From positions 20,212,001 through 20,276,000 of the forward strand of contig CM120645.1 in NCBI GenBank assembly GCA_051362555.1: a DNA stretch of 64,000 bases, read 5' to 3'. The translations under genes were made by a program, and so were the position numbers. Positions 12,801 through 24,767 of this stretch are shown piece by piece; the first letter of the stretch is position 1; every line of letters starts with the position of its first letter. Below the pieces are notes generated by a model. That model had not been told where the DNA came from. It was given only the letters and a program-made list of their open reading frames with translations, and searched no databases. This DNA comes from Lingula anatina. Taxonomy: Eukaryota > Animalia > Brachiopoda.

Positions 12801-13519
12801 TGCAATTTATTATCTTTCCTTGTATTTTAGAATTTCGAAATATTCAGACAGCCAGTAAGTGCAAATTGGACTGAATTTCCCGCTCACGACATTCCGCCGC
12901 CAAAGTGTATCAAGGCCCCCTGGTCACGTGACAACCACAACGGCAACGGGATTGGAGGAAATTTCAATACATACGATTGGGTAATTCCGGAGGGTATTGC
13001 TCATGAGAAATGCGTCTTACGGATGAGGTAATTAGCTTGTCCAATAATTAAAAATTACATGAAATAATCTACTCTACAAATATTATATCCGGCAAATAAA
13101 AGAGATTTAGCATATAGTACATCTACAGGTAGTTTCTACAAAACATCGACTAAAATGGTGCATTCCAGTATTTTTGTAGTCTAATTCTTTTTTAAAAAAA
13201 GCAGCTTTAAGCTGCTGTTTTGCAATTGAAGAAACTATTATTGTAACTGTGGCTCTTGCCACGTCGATCAGTATTACTCAATGAATGTGAAAACAGAATC
13301 TTTTATAACCGCAATTGTCATTTGTGTAATAGGTAATCAAATTCGCCTTGACTGAGAATTTGGAATATGCAATTGGAAGTCTGTTGATATGTTTTAGAAT
13401 TTTAAGTGTTATATATTATATATTATTTATTTGTGCATAGCGTTGATGCGTTTTTTTTTTCAGGACAATTTAAAGGAATTCTTAATAATAATAATAATAA
13501 TAATAAATATTATTATTAA

Positions 13520-13550
<31 letters not shown>

Positions 13551-15452
13551 TTTGCAGATACAACATTTCTACCAACGATTTCGACTCATGGAACACAGAC
13601 GCGTCTTCCAACACTGATAGCGACACAGACGGTTCCAAAATTGACCTTTCAAAGACCTTCAAACTTCCCAACAAGGAAACTGCTGAAGCACGCGGCTATG
13701 TCTTCAAGAATAACCCGGATGTTCAGATGTTTCCGGGCCTCGATGTGAAGCTTACATTGGCCATCAACACGGCTCAGTTTGGTCGCACTTTCCAGGACAG
13801 GTGGGCTTTCCACTAAAATAGTATTCTGAAAAAATCATGCTGCTGATATGACAAAGTATCACGAATGATGTGCTTGTATTCGTCTCTGTAACATTATAAA
13901 TGAACGTTACCATACAGTGCGTCACATATCAAATAATGAGGAAATAAAATTATCAGTAAATGGTACGTAAATTTACATGACTATCATTGGTGGCAGTAGA
14001 AAAAAAAACATACCAGTCAGCGTTCTCAATGAAAATAACCAGAAAATAACAAGCAAAGATAAAGTAAATGTAATTATTAATTAATGAATGGTGAATTTTT
14101 AATTTATTTGTTTTTTCGTAGGTCCCATGTGTTTGAAATTAGGCAGAGACCCGCCGATCTGAAAGATGCCACTATCCACAATTTGAACGTGAGGGGAAAA
14201 CGCGGGAACAACCAACAGGTGTACCCAGCAGTGGAGTACGACTTTGTCCCCAACACCTTGGAGATAAACACTAACGACTATGTACATGTTCAGTAAGTTG
14301 GCTGTATCTTTATATATCACAACATAACGTGTGGCTCACACGAGCTCAGTTGTTGCCAAGTAAAGGTAACAATTATTAAAAAAAAAAGCAATTGGACAGT
14401 TTAATTCGCAGTGCAACGTGATATATGCTCCAAGTTTTGTATAAGAAACTGACGATCTTGAGCATTCTTTACAGACATTATGATGATTATTTTCAAAACT
14501 CTCTCCGTTTGCCTCAACCGCACTTAAATTTACGTAAAAAATAGTACCTGGGTAGTCAAACAACATAGTTTAATTACTTCTAAACAATACTGATAATAAC
14601 ATGATAGTGTACTTACAATTTATGTGCTTTCCAGTCAGTTTTACACAAGACAGTATCATATTTTGTGGTTTTAGGATAGCTTATAATAAAATGAAAAATG
14701 AATAGGAAGTGGAATAGAAAAAAACCACGTCAGAACAAACAGATAAACCGATAAATGAATGATGACTACACAGATATTTTTTCTTACCAGATGGACAGGG
14801 TCGGATAGAAACCCCCACAACAACGCCGGAAATGGCCGAAGGGGAACTGACCGTAACAACATGGTCATGCTTAAGAACAAGGTGTACCCAGAAGGAACGA
14901 CCGGTCTGGCTTACGGTGGACTGGATGTCCTTGGCCAGTATGGAGCTAACTATCCCATGCACTTGGATAACGTGACCCGTCTGATCGGGGCATCGACAGA
15001 AACGAGAGCTGTCCTCCAGAAGATGGCGCTGTTGGCACCCCGTAAGTGCGCTGACTCAAAATAGGAATCGATTGAGCTGTTTCTATTTTAAATTAAACAT
15101 TGAATGCTGAAATAATTTCATGATAATTAAGAATTTAATAATATCTAAGATATAAAAACTTTAGGGTTTTTATACTTCAAACCGCTAGAGGTCCGAAACT
15201 GAAAAAAAAAAAAAATGCAAATTTCTTTGAGCAATGTATGATGAAAATAGATGAAAAAATTTTTTTTCATATATTTTAGCCCGATACAGTGGCAGCATGG
15301 TTCTGCTGGACAATGCCAAAGCCTACTATGACGTAGGTCCTCTTCAGTTCGCTAAGGAGGGCGTGTTCCACTACATGTGTACTAGAAACAACGCCTTCAC
15401 CAACAGAAGCCAGAAGGGGAGAATCATCGTTCGTGACGCTTCAAAAAAATAA
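271..15452 (+). CDS. DD3-3: DD3-3-like protein, paralog A (11 exons, 579 aa, signal peptide, no C-terminal TM); intron 4 interrupted by a BEL/Pao element
   Basis: Exons 271-341, 1555-1608, 2160-2249, 2863-3073, 11648-11764, 12498-12659, 12831-13027, 13558-13800, 14122-14292, 14791-15041, 15280-15452. All introns GT-AG; total 1740 nt in frame. Protein [30 protein letters not shown]...[14 protein letters not shown]...[14 protein letters not shown]...[10 protein letters not shown]...[16 protein letters not shown] matches motifs I recognise from the Dictyostelium DD3-3 family. Confidence 0.9.
1486..1520. repeat. (CA)n microsatellite
   Basis: Seen directly. Other simple repeats: (AG)n 31618-31670, 31755-31792, 42033-42070; (TG)n 33252-33284, 40969-41012, 55228-55256, 63777-63810; (AAT)n 23863-23903. 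Confidence 0.95.
3082..3801 (-). repeat. 3' LTR (720 bp), preceded on the element strand by a polypurine tract at 3804-3810
   Basis: Direct repeat of 10414-11133. The ORF track gives identical spurious ORFs at 3398-3616 and 10730-10948. The element strand reads ttttgggggggtg|TGTAAC. Confidence 0.95.
4365..7280 (-). CDS. pol: BEL/Pao pol: RT, RNase H, integrase (3' part of frameshifted polyprotein)
   Basis: [30 protein letters not shown] (RT); [22 protein letters not shown] (RNase H region); HHCC zinc finger plus DCFGP, SDQGSNF, WER (DDE integrase); C-terminal [17 protein letters not shown]. Confidence 0.93.
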   Translation of the reverse strand: MLCNLQTNLLNQHLLSGPDLTSSLLGVLIRFREHPVAVACDIEKMFHQFLVQDNDRNYLRFLWWKNGDITKEPTVFRMKVHLFGATSSPGCANFGLKYLAKSYENEYPLAAEFIKHHFYVDDGLTSSDDADTAIQIIDQARKLCASGGIRLHKFLSNSREVLETVPESERATEVNGVDLNKDRLPVSTALGLQWNVEDDVFQYRAFTSEVKAKTRRGVLSTVASVYDPQGFLSPFILIGKQILQQMCKENSAWDEELSNDLMPQWEKWSEELKDIQTIKVARCFIPKNFGTVTRRELHHFSDASLSGYGQCSYIRLVNEKNEVHCSLVMSKARVTPLKVITLPRLELNAAVVSLKMSKVLESEMTEKYRHYFWTDSRIVLGYINNDTRRFKIYVANRVELIKEATSPQQWHYVRSEDNPADHASRGLSVEKLRDSTWFTGPRFLWNPDLEMADMPHNDVQLPEMDPEIKMSSVRSTQTVEKKSMIERLEKFSDWSRAVRAIARLKRRARGIKNASLTSEEERQETTTFLIKLAQEQKFEGKPPSSTLNPFKDNKGVIRVGGRLGQSSFAFSVQHPVILSKDSYVSKLIVSHFHKRIGHMGRGMTLNEVRANGFWILAGGKLTSEIIHRCVTCRKMRKPVEEQKMADLPSDRVEASCPFEYSAMDCFGPFIVKQNRKEFKRYGLLFTCLCSRAVHVEMLDDMSSDAFINALRCFISIRGKVRQIRSDQGSNFVGAKNEFTAALKEMDAQKVACYLANQDCDFLMNAPHSSHVGGVWERQIRTIRNVLAGVINLCPGRLDDSSLRTLFYEAMAIVNSRPLSIANINDPECAEPLTPNHILTMKSSVPLPPPGNFVSQDMYLRKRWRRVQFLTQQFWSRWRKEYLQNLNKRQCWTRCKRNITVGDIVLVVEPNVARNSWSLGRVVECIPSKDKLVRKAKICVGTDDLNSLGKRETKPVILERPIQKLVLLIESC
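7235..10429 (-). CDS. gag: BEL/Pao gag-protease plus start of RT (5' part of frameshifted polyprotein)
   Basis: Coiled-coil N-terminus and a capsid-like region. Three Cys/His knuckles (CTYC..H....C, CFGC....H....C, CGTC...H....H), aspartic protease [10 protein letters not shown] start [19 protein letters not shown]. Confidence 0.9.
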   Translation of the reverse strand: MSLRYSENESTNSLTKKRTVTMTEKGKEYSVEIQGKRCKRLFGELSKIMERCNAIIKEGGSKTLLREEYAEWLQNCDQYFEIEDNLLKLQSHSDSAVIDEPRRKILLEFKRIMEQNLSSVTEHTEDSKSVSTRSRTSSRGSSTSSLLKLEEAQKQAELSIRASAMKVKQELERARLELKFKEEDLEMQTSLRVSQAKIDALNEFDKIHMPSASLPVTTAVYTPEVSVPVSAAATTPEVPVPVTAAVRVPSVSLPVTTAVYTPEVSVPVTATVSSSEVPVSVTAVASTSEVPVSASTAIHAHMLSVPATTAAYTPEVSVPVTTTVLPPEVPLSATTAVYTSEVPVSATTAVHAHVMSVPATASVYTPAASLPVTAAVRVPSVSLSAPDVSVPIATTAHMHAVSTPMATTDHTPAVSLDGLTEALQQSLSLGRLPVPEPKVFAGNPLLFPEWKNSFSVLIGRKALNATEKLFFLRKYTAGPAAKMIQGAFLRTDEAAFDDAWRKLNERFGDEFLIQKSFREKLDKWPKIPEKDGNALRDYSDFLNAVCDAMPHVKGLTVLNDYSENRKMVNKLPQFVSHRWNRQVTRSMKTEGYPSFRDFCAFLSEESEVACNPITSPLVNKVHDTVRALNVNAGVAEKKLCTYCEKEGHYISRCHDFGALTISKKREFVVKKNLCFGCLGQGHRNSDCRRKHVCGTCKGKHPTCMHEERQPPTSRETQSVNSLKVNQHHRQSSTTMIVPVWVSTQENPEHEVLTYALLDTQSDTTFLLEDTAAALNAETEHATLSLSTMSSQKSLIDSKKIRRLRVRGFKSTETLEIDQAFTREFIPADRTQIPTRKTVSDWQHLKPLLNKIPPLQTCDVGLLIGFNCPQALLPRETLVGGNSEPYAVQTILGWSIVGCSSRDNLASVCHRVTTKEVFPCMPRDVINALEKDFVHDKTEVEMSQEDLQFLRVQETNIQQLNNGHIQMPLPFRRRPALPDNKSQALQRLDHLRRKFERDPSYRESYTSMVQGIIDRGEAEEAPDDTIKGEVWYLPHHGVYHPQKGKLRVVFDCSATYKQTYLINIY
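9183..9805 (-). repeat. In-frame 39-bp (13-aa) tandem repeat in gag, about 16 degenerate units
   Basis: Protein repeats such as [13 protein letters not shown] and [13 protein letters not shown]; DNA motif ggaaacctc..gtcacaggcac recurs every 39 bp. Confidence 0.85.
10414..11133 (-). repeat. 5' LTR (720 bp, TGTAAC...GTTATA)
   Basis: Direct repeat of 3082-3801; I saw no differences by eye. AATAAA on the element strand at 10447-10452. Confidence 0.95.
11914..12274. mobile_element. Nested fold-back/MITE insertion in intron 5 of paralog A
   Basis: Inner imperfect inverted arms of ~70-90 bp spanning 11981-12171 (ccctatcgta..tcgctaa..gcattca.tttaagcg). Outer inverted pair at 11914-11936 and 12252-12274. 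The intron is ~400 bp longer than the same intron in B and C. Confidence 0.65.
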
Positions 15453-16484
15453 ATAAAATATTTGCTTGCATGAAAGTGCTTTCTTTCTTTTGATATGAAT
15501 TATAGATGGTAAATAAGGATGGTATTTTTGTTGATATTCTAAATTGTAATTTGATGGAAATATAAGAAAAAAGGGAAATATGGATTTGAAATACTACGAA
15601 CTCATTTCTTACTTGTTAGTCTCGCAGAAATTTAGAATATTGACATTCTGAATGGAGAGGTTGACTTGTAAAAAATAATTAAAAAACAAAAAAAGTAGTA
15701 TTTTATGAGAAATAAAATCGACTTTTTGTTTACCACAGAAAAGTTTGGCAAGATGTGTATTGAACAAAAGTTCAACAAGAACTATTCGCAATTTCCATTC
15801 GAAAGATTTGATTTGAATAAAGAAAAAAATCTCACTCGTTTTTGTTCCATTTTATTTAATACCAATACAGTACATACTACAGGAAGTTTGAAACAGACAC
15901 ACATTTCGCACACATTGTGAGCGGGTTGGAAAACATTACTATACTCCAAATATTATCTTTCATTTACAATTAAATAGCATATGAATGCCAAGAAACATGC
16001 AGGAAAATACGCAGAATACACATAAATACGTACAGTGGGTCAAGGCATCACGTCATGCAATATTTACTAGTTAAACTCTTTTCAGCTTTTCAACGTTGCC
16101 ATTGAAAAATATGTGATATCTTTTTCCATGACGATTTCTTCAATAAACCGTGCTCAAGTGGGTTTAGTGAGGGGGGAGGGGGGGGTGTTCGCCAACCCTA
16201 TTACACACCCCAACCCACCCCAACACACACTTCTACTTGCCGTGCATAGTCTTCAACAGATGTGCTTTATCGTACAATAGGGCACTACAACAGACCTGGT
16301 ATACGTCATCAAGAAAGTGGGCTATAATGTCACCGAAAATGTTGCCATGGTGATGGCTATACAACTGGTTTGACTCGCTCAGTTTAATGGATTTCATTTC
16401 TTCCGCTGTCACCTACATGTACCAAGTACGCTGATACATAAAGTTCTGTATGTGACGTTTTTATGCGAGATTTTTTCCGCACAA

Positions 16485-17290
16485 CAGTATATAACTACCA
16501 TACTACATGGTTCGAACGCTCATCGTTCTCTTTTTCTATCCTTCTCTATCTTCCATGGTGGATTGGTTAAGATAATACAAATTGCAATATATTATTTTAT
16601 CATATCTAAAACCTTTTCAAAATGTAAAATTAGAATACGTCAGCGAGACTACAACAGTAACTACCACACTACCCCTGTGGATGGCTTGGACGCTCATCGC
16701 TCTTATCCTCCATTACTCTCTAGCTTCCATGGTGGATTTGTTAAAACTCTCTTTTCAAAATGGTATTCTTATCAAAATACGTCAGCGAGACTACAACAGT
16801 AACTACCATGCTAGATGGTTTTGACGCTCATCGCTCTCTTTCTCCATCACTCTCTATCTTCCACGGTGGATTGGTTGAAACTCTCTTTTCAACATGTGAT
16901 TCTTTATTAAAATACGTCAGCGAGACTACAACAGTAACTACCATGCTAGATGGTTTGGACGTTCATCGCTCTCTTTCTCCATCCCTCTCTATCTTCCATG
17001 GTGGACTGATAAAATTATCTTTTCAAAATGTGATTTTTATTGGAATACGTCAGCGAGACTACAACAGTATCACCCATACTGGATGCCTTGGACGCTCATC
17101 GCTCTCTTTCTCCATCACTCTCTATTTTCCATGGTGGATTGGTTAAAACTCTCTTTTCAAAATGTGATTTTTATTAGAATACGTCAGCAAAACTACAACA
17201 GTAACTACCACACTAGATGGTTTGGACGATCATCGCTCTCCTTCTCCATTTCTCTGTATCTTTCATGGCGGATTGGTTAAAACTCTCTTG
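16485..17290. repeat. Minisatellite, ~134-bp unit, about 6 copies
   Basis: Motif aatacgtcagc(g/a)a starts at 16634, 16776, 16911, 17044, 17178, with a partial unit upstream; whole units are similar to each other. Confidence 0.93.
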
Positions 17291-17800
17291 GGATTCTCGT
17301 GGGAGGTGTTGGTCTACCCAGGAGTTCTATTTAACGCTGTTTGGATGCACCTGTGGCCCATAATTCTATCCCTTGGCCTAAATCACAAATTTATTACTCT
17401 GCTCGAGATCATCCTGGAATCAAAATTTAAAATGTGTGGTCATGCCCATCTCCTTTTCTCATTTAATGACAAATCCAAGTTTTTGTGGTATTATTTAAAG
17501 ATAAAAATCAAGTGTGGCACCTTTAAACTCATTTTTGAAAGTGGTGTCTCAAAAATGACAAATATGGTGTCACTAAAACTTTAAAGTTATTTAAAAATGA
17601 CTTTTCATCTAAATGAAATAGAATTCAAGTTTAAAAGGTTATTCATAGTCAAACATATAGCTATCTTTGACTTAAATCTCAAGCTTAATTAGAAAAAAAA
17701 CTAGCCTGATTAGAAAAAAGATCATTTGTGGACCCTGTTTTACACAATCCATTACCTTATGGGCGTGAAAGAAATTGGACGAGGCGATTTTGGGATGAAT

Positions 17801-19577
17801 TCACTCGCTCACGTCATCTGCTTCTTTTACATAGATGATTTTTGCCCCTCCATCGTCATTCTCCATCTCCCCTTCTTCTTTGCTTCCAGCTTCCTCTGAT
17901 TCTTCGCCTTCGAAATTTACGAAATTAATAGTAATGCTGCTGTCGCGCACAGGTTTGCGCAATGCAACTTCCTTTCCATAGCTGGAGCTGTCTGAAGCTG
18001 CGCTAGATGGCTCTACTGTCGCACCCTCCTCTGCCAAGAAAAGCTTATTCAGGCGTTCGTCTCTCGAGTCCTCTGACTCTGCAGAGGCATCAGGTGAAAC
18101 AACGTAGTTCTGCTCGTTTGAACGCCGAGGCTGCTTTGCTGAGATGGAAGGCTCGACCTGTATAAGTGTTACACGATGAAAAGTTAAAATATACAAATTG
18201 CAATACAAATTTTATCACACTTATTTAAAAACTTCAAAATGTGATTTTTATTAGAATTCGTTAGCGAGGCCAAAGGCCTACATGGATTTTAGCCTACCTT
18301 TGAAGCACAACAGCAAAATATTGCCTTGAAGGCTTGCCATTTGGATTTCGTTTTCTTTTCCTCCTCTTTCCTTGTCTTTTCTTCAAAAGCCTTCAATTCT
18401 TCAATTGTTTTCAAATATGCTGCTCTCTCTGAGGAGGTACTTGAATCCGGACTTTTCCTAAAATATCGTTTATAGAAGGCCCTATTGTCATTGTTTGTGT
18501 AGAGAGGAGACTTGATGCGTAATAATAAAAATAATGAATAATGAATAAGGTTGTCTATTGTCTTTTGTGTGATGATAATAAAAAAGTAAATCTTTGCCTC
18601 TTGGGTAGAAAAACACATACATTCCGCTTTGAACGATTTACGTTATTATTAATAGTGATAAAAATTTTAACAACAATGAAAATAATTTTACCAATTACTA
18701 TGTAAAGTGCACATTTGAAATTAATTTGCGTTTGTGCTCGTAAGATAATTTAATAAGTGTTTGTCAAATGCATTTTAAGGGTATAAATATAGTGAATGAT
18801 TTAAAACATCAAATTACAAGTAAGAATTAAAGTTGCAATACTTAAACGGAAGAAACACCCTAAAAGTCGGTTACAGTTTACCTCTGTTAAAAACAGCACA
18901 AGTTGTAGTTGTGCTACGGACTTTTTCAACACTCCGAGTAGGGTAAACAAAGTAAAACGATTTTAAATACATATAATTTAAACAAAACATTAAAGCTTAC
19001 CGGTCAACCACAGTCCTTGCATCGTCAATGTCCACACTCGTGCAGCCAGTGTCTTTGATCTTAATAATAAAATAACAGAAAAATATAGAATAAAGGTTTT
19101 CAGTGACATTCAGAGAATAAACAAAATCGCAACCTTGAAACATCAACTGAATAAATAATTACAACACATATTTGAGTGATGAATTATAAATGTAACTATT
19201 TAGGTAGGAGTCATCTCTTGCAGGTACAGTCACGGTGTGAGTCAAATGTTGACTAAAGGCATGCATGTAAACACATTATATTTAATTACTTTTTAATCTG
19301 TGAGTCAGAAGATACCAGAAGCATTAGCAGAGAAATGGTTGAATGTCGTGACATCGAGGCCCGGATATTCCACCGAAACAAATCATAACTTGTGTTAAGC
19401 CAACACCTGTTGTCTGTCAAATAGGTCGACCAGAAATTATCATTAAAAAGTTCTTAATTTTGCATGCGTGAAGCTAGTAAAAAATTCATTTTCCAATAAT
19501 GAGCGTACTGTCGGTGCTGAGCTCACTAATGCGCCGATTCTAGTGGTATAATCGGACGGCATAAATGACTTCAGCAT
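17801..19577 (-). CDS. Putative small orphan protein (~214 aa) with charged coil, WxxFKxIFCCC motif and acidic disordered tail
   Basis: Candidate exons 19509-19577, 19001-19059, 18298-18457, 17801-18157 join in frame via GT-AG sites (645 nt). The last two exons are GC-richer than their flanks and look protein-like. The 5' exons are tentative and I recognise no homolog. Confidence 0.55.
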
Positions 19578-19879
19578 GCACTTGAACTATATTTTATGGG
19601 CAAATTGTAGGCGACAAAAGTCATGAAATGCTGCTTCTTTGTGCACATTTTTTTCTTCGTGTGCTGTGTGTCAAAGAGACAAAATTCAAGAATTATCTCC
19701 GTGCTAAACGTACTTTGGACTTTGGACACCCTTTCTGAATAAGTGCTCCCTTTGATCGAGGATCAATATGACTTGGTAGAAAAAATATGGCCGGACTTTT
19801 GGAAATGGGTGAAGACATATCAGTCACGTACCTGACCGAGCTAGGGCGCCTGCGTTGTAACTATCAAATTTTGTTATTC

Positions 19880-19919
<40 letters not shown>

Positions 19920-20652
19920 TGGGTCTTTTTGTTTTGTTCACTTATGAGTGTTTGCATGCACTGTCCTCCTTACAATGTACACACCATAAGATATCTTGCC
20001 CTTAGGCATTCTGTCTTTCGTAGGGTGTTGTATGGTTTATAAAATATTACAAAACCAAAATGAACACATCTTCCTTAGTTTCCAGGCCAGTTTCTTTACA
20101 GACCTACAACGTGCGTTAGACCTTTGCATAGCAATAAATTTTCCCATAATTTTTGCATTCATGTTCAACGTATGCAAATATAATCGCGATGAGACCTTTA
20201 AAAACATATTTACATGAAATGTTAGGCAAAACCCAAACTTGTTTTGACGTACAAATCAACATAGCTGACGGCCATATTCTCGCAAAACCGGTAGCTGAGC
20301 TCGAACCTTTCAGTGCGCAGAGTGCCCCATAAACGTTCATGTTTGTCCTAGCGGATGGCTACTCTTCACATACGAACGCATCGCGTGATATCGCAAGTTA
20401 TAATTTCTTTGCACTGACATCATTGACCTTGGCATCAATGTGAAAAACGAATCGAACTAGACAAAGGGACGCCATCGCTGAAGAAAGCAGTTGATGAATT
20501 CCTTACTTTTGTGCGTGCCAAGGGGACTGCAAAACCGCACTTTGCTCTGGACAGACATTTTGGCACCAAGCGCTATGTTGTTGCAGTCGAAGCAATAGGA
20601 CAGCGTATGGTGCTGTAACCTATTACTAGCCTACAAATACCTCACCAGTATC

Positions 20653-22935
20653 ATGGGTTCTTCGGAGATATACATGAGATGTTACCTACGTGGTTTATTG
20701 CGTCACTGGAAGATGGTAACCGTGTTAACTCTGTACGTCGTGGCAAACTACTTTCTTTTTAGAACAGATACCACAGGTAACACATGTAGATTGACTTTAC
20801 TTCATATGTTTAAGAGTAATTGATGCAATATTTGGCCATTGTATATGCCTCCGTTTTGTCAGCAATCCGTTAGGGAGATTCCGATTGTGTGTACGCAGAT
20901 ACGTATGTAGAAGGGTATATGGCGGAACCTTGTATGCACTGTGTTAGATCAAGAAGTTATCTCTTTATAACTTCTTGGTTAGGTTGGCAGATACCTGCTT
21001 TTGTCAGTAGTCCATATTACTCTATGTGGTCTATCAGTCTTAATCTACAAAACGAGTTTTAAAATTCTTCTCTCGCTGGATTCTCTGGTGTCTTGAAAAC
21101 AGTGTATTTACAATTACAATCTAAAGTGATCATGATTTTATTTTACATGGTATGCTATATGAAGAAAATAGACGACGTAAACAAAAACTATCTGCTAACG
21201 TTATCGTAACATAAGCAATGATAAATTACATGTTCCAACATCTGACGCGAGTACACGTTATACGGGTAGGTTAATAGAACAGCAGAACACGGAGGCGGCC
21301 CATAATTGTGTTATCAAACATTTACATCCCATTTCCATAGATTTTTAGATCGATCTATCCCTGTGGGGAGTCTCACTAGATTACTGTCAGCTTGGCCGGC
21401 TTAAGCGTCTGTCCCGCCTACTAAAAGCTGTAAGGTGGTAATTAACTATGGTGTCCGCTCCGCTGACTGCAATTTAGCCTGAACCCCCAGGGAGTTAGGT
21501 CGATCTAAATCTCTGGGAAAGCACCCTTTGAGTCATTACTGTCCATCTATTCTTGCACAATTGTGAATTGCTTTGTTCCAGAGAAAGATTTCATGCGGTC
21601 TGTTTCCGGCGTGTTTGTTACTGCAGCTATAAGCCGAGGAAACGCGTCGGGAATGAACGGCGCCGCCTATGCCACTGTGGCCGGTGAAGTAAGTTAACCG
21701 AGATATATTTTACTTTTTCATTTGAGGTGTCTAATCTGCCATGCATGCAGTTTGGTTAGCGAAGGAAATCTTATAGCTTAATTATCTCACCACGTGCGCG
21801 CCAGACAAGGAATTTCATCCTTTCTTTTGTCCCGCCAACATGTAGTCGCTTCTCAATTTATAAAATCAATATTTTATATGTACTTATATGTGTACATGTA
21901 TTAATTCACATATTAAAGATCAGTCAATTTTTGTTTTTCCTCTCAGTTATTGCACTTGTTTCTCTTTTACTTCAGTTGGCCATGAGTAATGTACCAACGC
22001 AATGGAGAGAAAAAATCAAATTCAGACGCCAACATGTTAAAGACGTTTGTCGGAAGTTTAATCTTTCTTACAGCCTTGATGGCAGAGACCCCAACTTTAT
22101 GAACCGCATTGCTGGCTCGTTGGGTAACTTACTGGTGGTAGAAAAATCAAAGTTTGCATTTTGCTACGTCCCGAAAATCGCCAATACGAACTGGAAGCGC
22201 ACGTTGCTTGCGCTGGCGGGTGCACTTAGTGCGAATGACATCAGGAGAGTACAAGCAAAGGACGTCCATTATGATCTGGCAGCGAAATACATAAAGCCAT
22301 TGAATCAATATTCAGTGGCCGACAGAAAACATATTTTGGAAAATTACAAAACAGCTATGTTTTTTAGAAATCCTCTTGAGCGTTTGCTCTCGGTGTACAG
22401 GAACAAGATTGAAAACAAGCCGTATGAACACCCCGAAATATTGTCACTCGTGGGTAACTATGTCATGTCGCGCTTTTTGGGTTTAAAACCTGGATTTCCG
22501 ATAAGGATAGAACGCCAGAAAGAAAAAATACTAGGCCAGATGCCATCGGGGGAAACATTTGAGGCCGACCTGAAAAATATTCCAGATTTATTTCCAAATA
22601 TAGACATACGATTTGATGAATTTTTGCGTTATATTATTGAACATCCCAGCAAGATAAATTCCCATTGGGCGCCTCCCTATACCGCGTGCTTTCCTTGTCA
22701 AATAGATTATGACTTCATTGGGAGCTTTGACACTTTGGCTGAGGACGCAGAGAATATATTAAGAATTTTGAATGCCGATCCAGGGCTGAAATTCCCGCAA
22801 GAAGCTGAAGGAAAGCTAAGGACCGTCTCTTTAATGCAGGACTACTATCATAACATATCGAAGTCTACATTAGCTCAGCTGCAGCAGCAGTATCGCATAG
22901 ATATTGAAATGTCGAATTTTACCGATATCCAGTAA
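20653..22935 (+). CDS. Golgi carbohydrate sulfotransferase, Sulfotransfer_2 / CHST11-CHST14-like (3 coding exons, ~396 aa, type II membrane)
   Basis: Exons 20653-20776 (hydrophobic anchor MVTVLTLYVVANYFLF), 21582-21688, 21976-22935 join in frame. 5'-PSB motif CYVPKIANTNWK, 3'-PB motif FRNPLERLLSVYRNK, HW.P...C.PC..DYDFIG..TL.EDA. The catalytic exon is certain; the first two exons are predicted. Confidence 0.88.
21325..21526 (-). mobile_element. ~200-bp MITE family, copy 1 (sulfotransferase intron 1)
   Basis: Imperfect TIRs (ccatt.cca.agattt.agatcgatc); reverse complement of 50097-50311. Confidence 0.8.
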
Positions 22936-23350
22936 ATCACTGGTAAATGTGGTGCAAAGTCCATTTATCTGGCCTTGGAGAAAAATAAACTGTGGTACAT
23001 TCAGGGGCAGTTTTACTCCCATTGTGCATGCCTTATATAACTCGTGAGATCATTTTACATGAGATATGTGACAATATATGTCACCCTCATTAATCCAATC
23101 AAAAAAAAAAATAAATAAAATTGGCCACTTATGTGAAAGTAGCGATGCTATAAGGATATAAGGATAAGTAAGTATTTACATGAAAGGTTCCACTGACAAA
23201 TTAATAGTGCGGAATACTTCTGTTTAAGGGGTTTTAATGACAGTCTCGCTGTTTCTCTAGATGCCCAATGTCTACCCGTATATTTCTAATCTATCCAAAT
23301 CTATTATCCAATGTTAAAACGTATCAGGTAAAAATTATGCGATTCACTAA

Positions 23351-23799
23351 AGCCTAGGTTGCATTTGCCAAGGGCACCGTAAAATAAAACAGGTGTCGGT
23401 GCATCGCTAACGTTTGTTTGGTTAAAACAATTTTTCTTAGAATTGCGGTCACTAATCATTTTCAGTCACATATTTTGTCTTGATTGTTCCAATTTTTATC
23501 GTTTATTAAATTCTTAACTATTATAAATTTAAGATTAGCCTGACCTAAGTGGGTCAAAATCTAGGGCGAGTACAAATAAATGGGACTCTCTATCATGGGG
23601 AATTCCTGTCACGTTATACACCGGGCTTACGTTTTTGGAAATAGTTTCAGATTGACATAATAGGGTAGGCTACAGAGGGAGCGAATCCGGACGATTTCGT
23701 ACGGCCACCTCTGCCTCTGCACGGTCGTCGTACGAAAGTGATATAATGGCAGTGTACAGACACTGTATGGGTATCGCAAAGCAAAATGTAACCAAGGCT
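23351..23799. mobile_element. Putative PIF/Harbinger-like MITE
   Basis: Imperfect TIRs agcctaggttgcatttgc / gcaaaatgtaaccaaggct, flanked by TAA and TTA. Confidence 0.45.
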
Positions 23800-23861
23800 T
23801 TAGTTTGAAATTTTCGGTACATTGTGTGCATCTGTAGTCGGAAGCTGTGCGAACGCCCCTA

Positions 23862-23905
<44 letters not shown>

Positions 23906-24767
23906 GTAAATGATGTATTGTACCGTTTCTAACGAGGTCAGCTCTTCACTTGCGCCTGAGGTCACAGCCTGCGCCGGAGATGCTCTTGCGGTAATTCTTC
24001 CCCTGCGCCGTCGAATGCTATTTAATGCCTGCACAGCAGCCCTATGAAGTCGTGTCTGAATACGTGCGATTCGGGCCACACCCGATTCAACCTCATCCAT
24101 ACTAAATTATTCCTTTAACAATATCAATACTTGAGACTCTACACGAAGGTCGTGTACCAAAGCTACAGTTATTGTAACTAATTACGTTACAGCAACTGCG
24201 GCAGTGCATGACGTCATTGGTTCTTATGACGTCACAACGTTAGCGTTATAGCGGAGTAAACGTGCAACAATGAGGCGCTTCATTGTTGATGCAGATTTCA
24301 GGTTTTCAGTGTCAAGATTTATGTACAGTATGCACAGTGTATACTATGTATAGAGTTAATTGATATTTAATGTTATGAAACAGAAAATCGCCAGCTGGTT
24401 TGGTAGCTATGTTTATTGTAACAAAAACTTTCTATACCGATAGAATCAAGCGTATTTCTTGTTCAACTTTTGGATGAGGCATACCCACACAGGTAATTCC
24501 ATATCACTGCAATCTTTTTCTTACATGTCGCTTTAGCAGAATCTTTAGCAGAATCTTACTTTCTTCTTTTTTATGATTTTCGACCTCAATTTAAGTTCTA
24601 TATCACAAATTTCTCTCAGACTAAGAAACTACTTAAAAGTTCGACGTATGTCAAAAACGCATTTTACTTTTTCAAAGCGTCAGATATAAATGTAGAGATT
24701 ATATATATTGCTGCCCTCAATTCATATCGAAAGAAAGGAAGCACTCTCATTCAAACAAAGTGGTGAC

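Noticed and set aside
16485-17290. Regularly spaced repeats resembling a CRISPR array, with overlapping ORFs
   Set aside because: Whole units repeat with no unique spacers, there are no cas genes and the context is eukaryotic; the ORFs are by-products of the minisatellite.
21931-21975. Apparent signal peptide MFFLSVIALVSLLLQ at the start of the sulfotransferase ORF
   Set aside because: It begins at TTG and is a translated polypyrimidine tract; upstream exons supply a type II anchor in frame.
23627-24100. 157-aa ORF with a poly-Leu TM-like stretch
   Set aside because: The Leu run is an (AAT)n microsatellite and the ORF overlaps a probable MITE; no splice or homology support.
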